Below are positions 37,336-46,816 of a DNA stretch of 64,000 nucleotides, piece after piece. The stretch is from positions 32,001 through 96,000 of the IMG/VR virus record IMGVR_UViG_3300029822_000001. One strand, written 5' to 3'. The stretch is from a virus. Position numbers and translations under genes: made by a program. Below the pieces are notes generated by a model. It saw only the letters and a list, made by a program, of their open reading frames with translations. It searched no databases and was not told where the DNA came from. The stretch's first letter is position 1. Every line of letters starts with the position of its first letter.

Positions 37336-38130
37336 TTACTTTGAAAAGATTGATTTAATGTCTGACCACAACTTAGGTTCAGCTCCACTAACGCTGGTAT
37401 GCCATACTGAGTAAAAACGACCATAAATAGCAGAAGCAAAGTACATAAGAGTACTTACTAACATAGCAGGAGCAGCTGCACTGTATCCTTGACGTAAAGC
37501 CCAAGCCCAAAGAACTACATTAGCGATATCTTCAAGGAACCATAGCGTATACGTTTGGGTATAGTGTTTAAAGCAAAGGAAGGAAGCTGTAGCACCTAAA
37601 GCAAGAACTAAGGCATCTGGAACTGGAGCAGGGTCTTGCATGACTTTAATGCTTAAAATTTCGTACAGGACAAACCATGAAGCTAGTACTGTAACTGTAA
37701 CTAACAACCAGCCCTTAAGTCCCATAGTACGTACCTTGGTATTCATATTCTGTCCCCAAGTACGCCAAGTCATCATCAAAGGTAAATCAATCAAGGCTAC
37801 AAAAATAACTTGGTCAAGACAACTTGCCCAGTGTCCCACAGAGGCGTTTACCCAAATAAAACCAATTGCAGACACCAATCCTAGTAATCCATTAACTGTC
37901 TTACCTACCGCCATAGCAGAACAACATAGCAACCCAATCAATGTTGCCAATAAAGTAACCGTAGATAAAACAGTCACAGCACCTGTTGCTAAGTACACAT
38001 GTAGTTGCCACCCTAATCCAAAGAACCAGATTGCCCATGGAGCTAAGGACCAACCCTTAAACTCACTCTTTAACCATTGCCAATAGGTTCCTGTAAACTT
38101 ACTTGCTTCTGTTAACTTATTACTATCCAT
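37336..38130 (-). CDS. pnuC: PnuC-family nucleoside transporter
   Basis: 7-8 TM helices; GK..NGLLG, PDAL and LW..ED motifs; start probably MDSNKL. Confidence 0.8.
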   Translation of the reverse strand: MDSNKLTEASKFTGTYWQWLKSEFKGWSLAPWAIWFFGLGWQLHVYLATGAVTVLSTVTLLATLIGLLCCSAMAVGKTVNGLLGLVSAIGFIWVNASVGHWASCLDQVIFVALIDLPLMMTWRTWGQNMNTKVRTMGLKGWLLVTVTVLASWFVLYEILSIKVMQDPAPVPDALVLALGATASFLCFKHYTQTYTLWFLEDIANVVLWAWALRQGYSAAAPAMLVSTLMYFASAIYGRFYSVWHTSVSGAEPKLWSDIKSIFSK

Positions 38131-38202
38131 TACAATTATGACTTCCTTTTTCTTTATTTGGTACATTAGTTATATTACTACTTAATCCTAAGAGTGTCAA
38201 GA

Positions 38203-38946
38203 CTAAATAATAGCCTTCAATGGTAATTCAGTTTGCCCTTCAGTTACCTCTCGTTTACCTTTTAATTCTAGTACTTCATCTGGATGTAGTAACCCAATTT
38301 GTCTCATCTTTTCCTCAACTAAGTCAAAAACAGTATTACGGTCACTCTCTGAATTAACAAAATCGTACATATCTCGGTCAATGCGCAGTACCTGTGCCTG
38401 TGGGTGCCCTTGATACCAATCCTTGTACGTTTTGTTAACTGAGTTATAGTAGTCAACTAATCCAGAATCCTTAGTTACATCTTCCATTCCTCTACCCCGA
38501 CTTTGAATCTCTTCAATTTCATGCTGTGGGTCAATATCAAGGTAGATAATTAAATCCGGGTAGGCAGTATCAGGAGTACCATTAACATTAGACTGCATTT
38601 CATTGTTCAAAGCCAAGTACACATTATAAGATGATTCATCCATTTCACCCCGTCGGTACAAATTAGAAGCCATCAAATAATCTGAAAGTAGGTTGGAGTC
38701 TAGCAGAGCGTTACGCTGAGTAACTGCTTTCTTAAGCTGCTTGTACCGTACAGTTAAAAAAGCCACTTGTAACATAGCAGACACTTGCTTACGACTATCG
38801 GCACCTGCATGATAAAAAGTTTGCAACATATTACTTACTAACCCATTATCAATATCTTCTAAGTAATAAGGTGTACCAAGTTCCCCTGCTAACATCTTAG
38901 TTAGTGTTGTTTTACCCGCCGAAATTGACCCAATAATATAAATCAT
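38203..38946 (-). CDS. deoxynucleoside kinase
   Basis: GSISAGKTT P-loop, QVAFL..RY, PDLIIYLD, RGR.ME lid. Confidence 0.9.
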   Translation of the reverse strand: MIYIIGSISAGKTTLTKMLAGELGTPYYLEDIDNGLVSNMLQTFYHAGADSRKQVSAMLQVAFLTVRYKQLKKAVTQRNALLDSNLLSDYLMASNLYRRGEMDESSYNVYLALNNEMQSNVNGTPDTAYPDLIIYLDIDPQHEIEEIQSRGRGMEDVTKDSGLVDYYNSVNKTYKDWYQGHPQAQVLRIDRDMYDFVNSESDRNTVFDLVEEKMRQIGLLHPDEVLELKGKREVTEGQTELPLKAII

Positions 38947-39040
38947 ACTTTTCCTTCTTTTCTATTTTCTATTTTCTTTTGTTATTATATCATACCAGGT
39001 ATTGTGTCTTGCCTATACGTTAGCTACCTATAGTTGTGTC

Positions 39041-40102
39041 TTATACGGATAACAACTTGTTTCTAATCTGATTATACATAGTTAAAGGTTGACGAGTATC
39101 TAGCAAGCTACGGCTACCAGACACTCCCAAGTCATTAATGTCTTTACCATCTTTTTCCTTGTACACTATAGATAGCTTAGCATCTGGTACCCCACTACTC
39201 TTTAATCGGTAGTAAAGCTTAGTTGCTTCTTCATCTGCGTCATCGTCCAAAAATACGATTATCTCTTTAACTTTGTCAACGTACTCTGCTATTAAATGTA
39301 CTTGGGTATCAGTAATCTGTTTCCCATACGTGGCAACTCCAGAGTACCCATCAACCTGGTCGATTGTTAGAGCATTAAATACACCTTCACAAATAACTAG
39401 ATTCTTATCTACTACTCTACCATTTAGATTAAAGACAACATTCTTTTTAGAGTACTCTGTTTCACTCCCAGAGGCATTAAAAGTTTTGATATAGGGGTTT
39501 CTCTCAATACTTCTGGTGTTCCAGTATAAAGGAACATGGTAGTCGTTAAAGGTAAAGAACACTAGACTATTCTCTAAACGAATAGTAGTACCTGTAGAAG
39601 TAACGGCTACTCCCTCGGTAACATAACTAATTACATTTTCTTCAATCTGTTCAAGACTAACCCCACGACCTTTCAGGTAGTTAAAAAAGGGTATCGCTTC
39701 AGGATTACTATAATTAGCCATTAAAGGATGTACATTAGAAGGAACCGGAGGCATTGTATAATGAATTGGTACAACTTTCTTACTTTGCTCTAAGGATACT
39801 AATTTTTCCATTAGTAAGTCCTTGGTAACCATAATATCTGAATTTAACTCATAGTTACCGTCTCGAATAACCTCTTGTGCTTCTCTAGTAGAACAGTGGT
39901 ACAAATCACATACTAAATCAATAACTGACTTGCCATGGATAGAACAGTGCTGGCAATAATACTTACCCTCTCTACTAACGTATAACTTTTGCTTAGTTTC
40001 TCCACAAGAAAAGCAGTTAAAACGAACGTCTCCTCTAGTCCCCGGCTTGCAACGCTGGTTAAGAAGAGACTGAACGGTCTTTTGAGTACTACTTAGGGAC
40101 AT
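39041..40102 (-). CDS. DNA primase
   Basis: Zinc finger C..C...C..C, YLKGRG, TOPRIM ICEGVFNA and FLDDDA. Confidence 0.9.
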   Translation of the reverse strand: MSLSSTQKTVQSLLNQRCKPGTRGDVRFNCFSCGETKQKLYVSREGKYYCQHCSIHGKSVIDLVCDLYHCSTREAQEVIRDGNYELNSDIMVTKDLLMEKLVSLEQSKKVVPIHYTMPPVPSNVHPLMANYSNPEAIPFFNYLKGRGVSLEQIEENVISYVTEGVAVTSTGTTIRLENSLVFFTFNDYHVPLYWNTRSIERNPYIKTFNASGSETEYSKKNVVFNLNGRVVDKNLVICEGVFNALTIDQVDGYSGVATYGKQITDTQVHLIAEYVDKVKEIIVFLDDDADEEATKLYYRLKSSGVPDAKLSIVYKEKDGKDINDLGVSGSRSLLDTRQPLTMYNQIRNKLLSV

Positions 40103-40110
40103 GCAATAAT

Positions 40111-40272
40111 CGCTGCTACAATAAACTTATAAAATATTACTAATATAAGTCTAATTTCCTGTTTCTTCCTGTCCCCGTTCTACTATTAGATTAGTAATAG
40201 CTACTTAGGTTTGTATGACAGTCCACAAGCGTAAATTCCTGTCTAGCCAACAGTACATATTTAAGCAGTAGT
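40111..40272 (-). ncRNA. putative omegaRNA scaffold of tnpB element 2
   Basis: Non-coding 3' region of tnpB with GGAATTTACGC.TGTGGA and GAAACAGGAA blocks typical of such right ends. Confidence 0.65.
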
Positions 40273-41484
40273 TTAATAGGCTAACTTAAATTTGGAAGTA
40301 ATACAAATATTCTCACTAGCATTAATGTCTCTATCTAAAACAGACCCACAATTGGGACAAGCCCACTTTCTTACTTTAAGAAACTTTTGGCCCATATTCC
40401 TAAACTCTTCATTGTAGAATCCACATTGAGAACATGTCTTAGAGCTAGGATAAAATCTATCTACCAAGTGTACTGGTATTCCTAACCATTGACACTTATT
40501 AACTAGTCTAACCCGAAATCTGTAGAACTTCTGTTGCTGAACTTGCTTAGCTAAATGGTGATTTTTAAGCATTCCACTAACGTTTAAATCCTCTATTGCT
40601 ATATATTGTGGCTTGGTTCTCACCACATCGGCAATAATTTTATCCTGATAATCGTTTAAGACATTAGCGATTCTTCCATTTAGCTTAAGAATTTTATCTT
40701 GTGTATCTGACAGGTTGAAATCAGTAGTAGCTCTCCTCTCATATTTGTTTTCTTTCAGTCTTTGTTTATAGTCCTGATACTGACGGGACTCTTTTCTTTG
40801 TAATCTTCTTAACCTTTTCCTAAGCCTTTTTAATCTAGCAGACTTGTTAAGGTTCTTATAGACTGTACCCTTATTTAATATGGCAAAGTCTTTAATACCC
40901 AAATCTACTCCAATAGCTTCTCCAGTAAGGTTAAGTTTACTAAAATCTGGTTGCTCTACTAGAGCAGTTAAATAGTATCTACCCGCTCTCTCTTTTATTC
41001 TACCAGAAATAATTCTAAAATCGTCACCTACTGGAATATACCCCTGCTCTTTATATCTAACAAACCCTATCTTAGGCAACTTTATTCGATATTTATCGTA
41101 CCTAACAGGTTGAGACTTACTATTAGCACAAAAGTAATAAGAACCTTGATGCTTTCTAAGACTTCTAAATTTAGGTTTTCCTCTTATGTGCCTAAAGAAT
41201 GCTTTCATGTTGGTATCAGCATCTATCATAGCTTGCTTAACATGTTTAGCATAATAATCCTTTATCCATAAATCACTAGGATTATCCTTTAAGTATTGAT
41301 TATTAAACCAAGTAGAAAAAGTGTAAGCACTCATATATGATTTGGAATCATGCGTTTCTCGGTAGTTTTTATTGTTTACTTCGAGAAACTTATTGTAAAC
41401 CCAACGACTAACACCGATATAAGAATTAATCTGCCACTTTTGAGCCTTATTTAGTTTTAATTCAACTTTATAGGTTATTTGCAT
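40273..41484 (-). CDS. tnpB: RNA-guided endonuclease TnpB
   Basis: GVDLGIK, IEDLNV, PSSKTCSQC...CPNC, DRDINA. Confidence 0.93.
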   Translation of the reverse strand: MQITYKVELKLNKAQKWQINSYIGVSRWVYNKFLEVNNKNYRETHDSKSYMSAYTFSTWFNNQYLKDNPSDLWIKDYYAKHVKQAMIDADTNMKAFFRHIRGKPKFRSLRKHQGSYYFCANSKSQPVRYDKYRIKLPKIGFVRYKEQGYIPVGDDFRIISGRIKERAGRYYLTALVEQPDFSKLNLTGEAIGVDLGIKDFAILNKGTVYKNLNKSARLKRLRKRLRRLQRKESRQYQDYKQRLKENKYERRATTDFNLSDTQDKILKLNGRIANVLNDYQDKIIADVVRTKPQYIAIEDLNVSGMLKNHHLAKQVQQQKFYRFRVRLVNKCQWLGIPVHLVDRFYPSSKTCSQCGFYNEEFRNMGQKFLKVRKWACPNCGSVLDRDINASENICITSKFKLAY

Positions 41485-41533
41485 TTAAAAGCATCCCTAA
41501 CCTTTTTCTTATGGTAAACTCTACTGGTTTCAT
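41468..41533 (-). pseudogene. internally deleted IS607 tnpA remnant (21 codons)
   Basis: GAGGTG RBS then MKPVEF..., resembling the MerR-HTH start of IS607 TnpA, overlapping the tnpB start. Confidence 0.45.
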
Positions 41534-41627
41534 TCTATCACCTCACCTATATATATATATATATATTATAACATAACAATATTATATAATATATCGCAGA
41601 ATCTGTCAAATTTTTATAGGTAATTAG

Positions 41628-42311
41628 TTACTGTTGCTTATCTCTTTCTTTCAACACTTTTTCTTTATAGAAGTCCATTCGGTAAACCGTACCAAAAACA
41701 GGTAACATCCGGCTATCTTCTTCAGATAACCCATAAAGAACCTCATTACGCATCAAAGAGTTCATTGGCTCATACATACTAATACCCTTATCTTGACGAT
41801 ACTTCAAGTATTTTGTTTCCCAGAATTGACTGATAAGTCCTTCATTGAATTTAATATCTTCCATTGAGAAACTTGGGTTTAACCAGGTATGAAATCCTAG
41901 CTTCTCCATTGTATCACAAGCTGCATAATTATACTCACCCATAAGGGTAAATGTAGATTCATCTGTAACTGGATTGTACAACTCCTTGAGAAAAATTGGA
42001 GCTCCTTCTTTAAGGCTTTTAAATGAATCGGCTACCTTCTTAGGAGCCAAGGGGTCTATCTTTAACGCTAGGGTAGAATAGTTGGTTAAAAAGGAGTAAT
42101 CCAGGTACATGTACAAAGGGTACCAATAAATTGCTGAAGATACCGCTGCTGGTAAAAATTCAGTGCCACTGTTTTCCGGTGTCCGACAGGTTAAAGCAAT
42201 CTTTTCTACACCATCCTCAATGTATGCAGTAGTTTTCATATTGTTGGTTGCTCCTGGGTCTACTTCTTGATTCTTTCTGATATAAATATTATCTAACACT
42301 TGTAATACCAT
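41628..42311 (-). CDS. conserved hypothetical protein between SbcC and primase
   Basis: 227-aa ORF; synteny. Confidence 0.75.
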   Translation of the reverse strand: MVLQVLDNIYIRKNQEVDPGATNNMKTTAYIEDGVEKIALTCRTPENSGTEFLPAAVSSAIYWYPLYMYLDYSFLTNYSTLALKIDPLAPKKVADSFKSLKEGAPIFLKELYNPVTDESTFTLMGEYNYAACDTMEKLGFHTWLNPSFSMEDIKFNEGLISQFWETKYLKYRQDKGISMYEPMNSLMRNEVLYGLSEEDSRMLPVFGTVYRMDFYKEKVLKERDKQQ

Positions 42312-44178
42312 CCTTTTTTTCTAGTACTAAGGACTTTTCAAATAGTCCTTTAAGTTCTTCGCTATGAGAAACAACAAAAATTGTTCCTACTTTTTTTACC
42401 CGCTTATTAAGCAACGACATAACGGCTTCACAACCTTCTTCATCTAAGTTTTCAAACACTTCATCGTAAAAAAGTACATTAACATATGTTGACTTACTTA
42501 GCACATAGTCTTGCAAAGCTAAAGAGATAGCTAAATTAATCCGTTTCTTTTCACCAGAACTATTCAAGTCATACTTTCCACCACCAATAGTATTATCAAC
42601 ATTAACTGTCATTGTATCGGATACGGTACCCTTTTTAGTAGTCGTCGTTGTACTAATGTTTGCATTTACAGTACCATTAGATAGCACTGATAAATAATCT
42701 GCAATGTGTTCATTTAAGAAAGGTACAATCAAGTCCATAACATGACTTTTAACTCCTTTGTTACTAAATACATCACTTACTTCCTTTAATACCTGATACT
42801 GACTTTTAACCTTAAGATACTCCTTATTAACGGTAGCCAGTTCCTCTTTAGCTTGTTTAATACTAGCTACTATCTCTCTGTCATCAAGATACGTACTGTA
42901 AGATTCAATTGTACCTTGCAGGTTATCCCGTCTCCGAATTAATTCCTTATGCTTATTTAAATCAGAAGTCAATTCATCAATCTTGTCAGTTACCTCTTGT
43001 ACCTTTTTGAGTACTTCTTGATTTTTACTTTGAAGTTCTTGGTTATGCTGCTTGGCTTCCTCCAAAGACTTCTTAGCTGGAAGATACTTTTCTTTTATCT
43101 GTCCAAGTTCCTGCTTAGCTTGATTAATTAAATCTAATTCCTGTTGTCCCTGTTGCTTAAGATGTTCTAATTCAACCTTCTTATGTTTCTCGTCTAGTAC
43201 CTGTCCACATAAGGAACATATCCCGTGTTTCTCGTTTATAATCTGCTGATAAGTATTTAGTAATTCTTTGTACTTTGAAATGTACGAATTTAACATACTC
43301 TTAGTACTCATAGCATTACTCTTATAGTCATTAACTTGGGTATCCATTAGATAAGTATCTACTAGAGATACCTTGGTATGAGATAGTGTATTACGAGTGT
43401 TTACTAAGTCTTGTATTACACTCTCATAGTTACCGTAGTCATGTTCTTTACTATCTGCTTCTATTTGCTTATTAAGGGACTCTTTAAGTGCCTTCGCTTC
43501 ATCAGCCTTAGCTTTGTTCTGTTTATTTTTCTCCCGGGTACGAGCTAAGTTTCCTGTTTGTACCTCAATAGTAGTCTCCAAAGGTGATTGCTGAAGCTTA
43601 ATATCTGATAACTTCTTTTCTAGCTCTTGTATCTTATCCTTAGCAATATCATGAGCTTGCTGGTATACAGAAATATTAGTAATATCCTCTAGTAACTCCT
43701 TACGTTCCTTATCAGTTGCACTAGAGAAACGATTAACAGCTTGACCCCCAAAGAAAATTGAGTTCATATAAGATTGAAAACTAATCCCTACAATACTCTC
43801 AATCAGAGTGTCATTATCCTTATTAGTAGGCTTACTAATTTCTTCTCCATCTACATAAACAAGTACTTTATTTTTGTACTTTTTATCCTTACGATACCGT
43901 GCAACCTTATAGCTATGACCTTCCTTGTCAAAAGTTAAGATAACACTGGTATCCTTACCTACTTTGTTATTAACAACATCGTCAGAAGAGTGGCCTTCTG
44001 CATTTTTACCATATAAGGCATAAGCAATAGCACCTAAAAAACTACTTTTTCCTGCACCATTGTTACCACCTGTATCTAAATTTTTACCAACGACCAGTAC
44101 AACGCCTTGGTTACTTAGGTTATACTCAATATGTCCAATACTTTGATAGTTGTTTATCTCCAGCGTCTTAAAATCCAA
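42289..44178 (-). CDS. SbcC/Rad50-like recombination ATPase
   Basis: NGAGKS, coiled coil with CSLC zinc hook, SSGEKKR signature, DEVFE. Confidence 0.92.
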   Translation of the reverse strand: MDFKTLEINNYQSIGHIEYNLSNQGVVLVVGKNLDTGGNNGAGKSSFLGAIAYALYGKNAEGHSSDDVVNNKVGKDTSVILTFDKEGHSYKVARYRKDKKYKNKVLVYVDGEEISKPTNKDNDTLIESIVGISFQSYMNSIFFGGQAVNRFSSATDKERKELLEDITNISVYQQAHDIAKDKIQELEKKLSDIKLQQSPLETTIEVQTGNLARTREKNKQNKAKADEAKALKESLNKQIEADSKEHDYGNYESVIQDLVNTRNTLSHTKVSLVDTYLMDTQVNDYKSNAMSTKSMLNSYISKYKELLNTYQQIINEKHGICSLCGQVLDEKHKKVELEHLKQQGQQELDLINQAKQELGQIKEKYLPAKKSLEEAKQHNQELQSKNQEVLKKVQEVTDKIDELTSDLNKHKELIRRRDNLQGTIESYSTYLDDREIVASIKQAKEELATVNKEYLKVKSQYQVLKEVSDVFSNKGVKSHVMDLIVPFLNEHIADYLSVLSNGTVNANISTTTTTKKGTVSDTMTVNVDNTIGGGKYDLNSSGEKKRINLAISLALQDYVLSKSTYVNVLFYDEVFENLDEEGCEAVMSLLNKRVKKVGTIFVVSHSEELKGLFEKSLVLEKKDGITSVR

Positions 44179-44185
44179 GATTGTC

Positions 44186-44233
44186 CCTCCTTTGTATGAG
44201 AAAAGGATACCACAATAGGTATCCTTTTGTCAA
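44186..44233 (-). promoter_or_regulatory. palindromic promoter cassette E
   Basis: TTGACA-N18-TATCCT; perfect arms AAAAGGATACC/GGTATCCTTTT; CATACAAAGGAGG. Confidence 0.75.
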
Positions 44234-44238
44234 CTATA

Positions 44239-45345
44239 TTATTGTTCCAATGCCTGGTGTAATACTTCTATCGCCTTTTTTGTCACTTCTTCAGATAACT
44301 CTTCATGCTTACAGTAAGCTGTAACTATTTCTTGCTCGCTAGCAGTACTTTTTATACCCAGTCTACTTTTAGTTTCCTGCTTTGGTTTATAATCAAAAGA
44401 GATATTATCCGCATTTTCTACCTCTTTAAAATCATCCATAACTTCCTTTTTACTAGTAACAATCCGTACATAGTTATCCTTTTGAATATTCATTATTTCG
44501 TCACTACTCTTACTAGTTGTATCTAAGTTAATGACAATAAATTTAGGGGTTTCAATTGGTACAAATTCTTGTTCACCTGTAACTGTATCAACAATATCCA
44601 TTCCTCGGTCAGCACCCCAACCATTGTCATCAATATCATTAAAGTTTAATTCAGTTAAGTCACCAGTGTACCGAGCAATCTTATTTCCTTCTTGTTTTAA
44701 CACCTGACGTGTATGATAATGTCCTGCTAAGATACCAACAGTATTTGGATTATCCCATCCTAAATCAGTTAGATTAAAAGCTCCATCCAAACGATGACTC
44801 CATCGTCCTGATACTGAACCCTCTATACCTAAATGAGCAAATACTGTTAAAGGTTTACTAACATGTACTAGCTTATCTTGAATATTCTGCTTAATCCCTT
44901 CAGTATCCTCTGAAAAAGGTACAAACATTAACTGACTATCTGGTAAGTCCTTTAAGGTAACTTCACTGTATACATGTATTGGATGGTCAGCAGTACCAAA
45001 ATGATTAAAAATATCCACACTATTAGGCTCTGTGTACCGTCCTTGTTCATCATGGTTACCTACTACGATGTACGTATTAAATCCCGCAGGCGTACCCTTA
45101 ATAGCCTCTAACAAGCAGTTAATACCTTCCTGGTAAATAGTGGGACTCATAGAAGAACGACGATTAAAATAGTCCCCATTAATCACCATACCAGAACAGC
45201 CTTTAGTAACAGCTACTTGATACGCTTTACGGATACTGTCTAGTATAATCTGCATACGGGAACCATAGGACTTTCCCGGTACTGGCTTAGCATAATCAGC
45301 ATAATCATCAATGTGCACATCAGCAATAACTGCTAATTTACTCAT
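44239..45345 (-). CDS. SbcD/Mre11-like nuclease
   Basis: ADVH, GDYF, GNHD, AH, GHYH; start at MSKLAV behind AGGAGG. Confidence 0.9.
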   Translation of the reverse strand: MSKLAVIADVHIDDYADYAKPVPGKSYGSRMQIILDSIRKAYQVAVTKGCSGMVINGDYFNRRSSMSPTIYQEGINCLLEAIKGTPAGFNTYIVVGNHDEQGRYTEPNSVDIFNHFGTADHPIHVYSEVTLKDLPDSQLMFVPFSEDTEGIKQNIQDKLVHVSKPLTVFAHLGIEGSVSGRWSHRLDGAFNLTDLGWDNPNTVGILAGHYHTRQVLKQEGNKIARYTGDLTELNFNDIDDNGWGADRGMDIVDTVTGEQEFVPIETPKFIVINLDTTSKSSDEIMNIQKDNYVRIVTSKKEVMDDFKEVENADNISFDYKPKQETKSRLGIKSTASEQEIVTAYCKHEELSEEVTKKAIEVLHQALEQ

Positions 45346-45358
45346 AATATACCCCTCC

Positions 45359-46816
45359 TTAGACAAAATTGGTCATGATATTCTCTCGCTTACTAGTCGC
45401 TTTACTCTGCTTTTGCTTGTACTCTTCTTTAGTGCTATTATACGTGTCGTCTACCAATTGATGATGTTCTGCCTCCTGCTTATCATCTTCCATGCCATAG
45501 CGAAGGTTCTCCTTGTTGAAGGAGAAGTAAAGAAATTTATCTTTAACTAACTCCCGGTCACGCATTTTATCTAAATAGAGTCTAGCATACCCTTCCTTAC
45601 GTTCTTCTGCATTAATGTTTAATGTGGCAACAAAGCTACAGATGTTTTGCTTACGATAACTTCCTTCAACATCGCTAAAACTCATAATTTCTTTGCTATT
45701 AGCCCCACGTCCTAATTGAGAACCGGTAATTAATAGTACATCATTTTCTTGAGCAATCTTAGATAGTCCCTGATAAATAACTTCTCCATCCATAGAGTCG
45801 TTACCAGTTTTATGAGCACCTGCCATCAATTCTGGGTAGTCTAATACAACTACATCAATTGTATCGCCATTAAGCTTACGATTAGCGGAAACAATCATCT
45901 GGTTAACATCATCTAATCCACAAGTACCTGGCATTTTTGCAACGTATAATAGATTCTTAGTATCCTCATACCGATTATAATTATTATACACTGAACGAAG
46001 CCCTTCATTAGTACTATCAAGACCTTTTAAGATGTCCTTTCCACTCATTCCAGACATAATCTTATCAAAACGTAGCATCTGTTCAGCATCAATTTCTTCC
46101 AAAGAAATATGAAGAACATTATATCCTTCTCGTACCATGTTACTAGATAAATTAGTCAGCATTGTCGTTTTACCATAACCAGATAAAGCAGCAATTAAAG
46201 CAATCTTTTTCTTAGCTAAGCCACCTTTTAACACATAGTCCAAATTAGAAAAACCTGTTGGAATCTTTTTTTCAAATAGCTTCTTGTACAGCTCAATTCG
46301 ACCAGCAAAGTTTCCAGTGACATCTTCAAATTCATCATTGTTACCCATAAGGTTAATAGATTTAATATCATCTAATCGTTTTCCTAAGGTCTCTTCAATG
46401 TTCTCTGGCTCTTTACTTACTTCATCATAAATAGCAGCTTCTGATAAGTTCTTCTTAACGTACTTATTCAATTCACTTAACATTTCATCAGAAGTATCCT
46501 GATTGGTATCATACAAAGAATCAACATAATTGTACCAGTTTGAAAGTTCGGCGTCACTCATAGGGGACTCACCATTTTTAACTTTTTGTTGTTCCCTACG
46601 TGATAGAGAGTCTTCTAACCGAGACTTCATTACGTCAATAGTCATTAAGTCATTATTACTGTAATAGTATCGACTAATGATTTTAGAGATAGTTAAAGCG
46701 GGGTCTTCAGAGAATAGCTGTAATGGTGCCTTCGAGAAAATTGTTTTGGCTACTACAGGACGATTTAAGCCACAAATTAATAACTGCTGTTGGATGGTAC
46801 TATTAGTGTGAATCAC
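45359..46816 (-). CDS. DnaB-like replicative helicase
   Basis: IPTGF..LD..L.GG, ALSGYGKT, SLE, VVLDY, SQL.R. Confidence 0.9.
   Translation of the reverse strand: MIHTNSTIQQQLLICGLNRPVVAKTIFSKAPLQLFSEDPALTISKIISRYYYSNNDLMTIDVMKSRLEDSLSRREQQKVKNGESPMSDAELSNWYNYVDSLYDTNQDTSDEMLSELNKYVKKNLSEAAIYDEVSKEPENIEETLGKRLDDIKSINLMGNNDEFEDVTGNFAGRIELYKKLFEKKIPTGFSNLDYVLKGGLAKKKIALIAALSGYGKTTMLTNLSSNMVREGYNVLHISLEEIDAEQMLRFDKIMSGMSGKDILKGLDSTNEGLRSVYNNYNRYEDTKNLLYVAKMPGTCGLDDVNQMIVSANRKLNGDTIDVVVLDYPELMAGAHKTGNDSMDGEVIYQGLSKIAQENDVLLITGSQLGRGANSKEIMSFSDVEGSYRKQNICSFVATLNINAEERKEGYARLYLDKMRDRELVKDKFLYFSFNKENLRYGMEDDKQEAEHHQLVDDTYNSTKEEYKQKQSKATSKRENIMTNFV

Larger units (their letters stand above)
40111..41636 (-). 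mobile_element. non-autonomous IS607-type element 2 (tnpA remnant plus tnpB)
   Basis: Left end with promoter and RBS-led peptide MKPVEF..., tnpB, right end TGTACTGTTGGCTAGACAGGAATTTACGCTTGTGGA...TTGTAGCAGCG; junctions uncertain by a few bp. Confidence 0.7.

Noticed and set aside
32482-41636. IStron (intron-IS hybrid) or Cas12/TldR interpretation of the tnpB elements
   Set aside because: The left ends are only ~80-150 bp with no intron core; there is no CRISPR array; the RuvC residues are intact
40095-41650. In-frame fusion of the 227-aa gene with primase in the empty allele
   Set aside because: It is only one of several possible junction registers, and these genes are separate in related phages as far as I know
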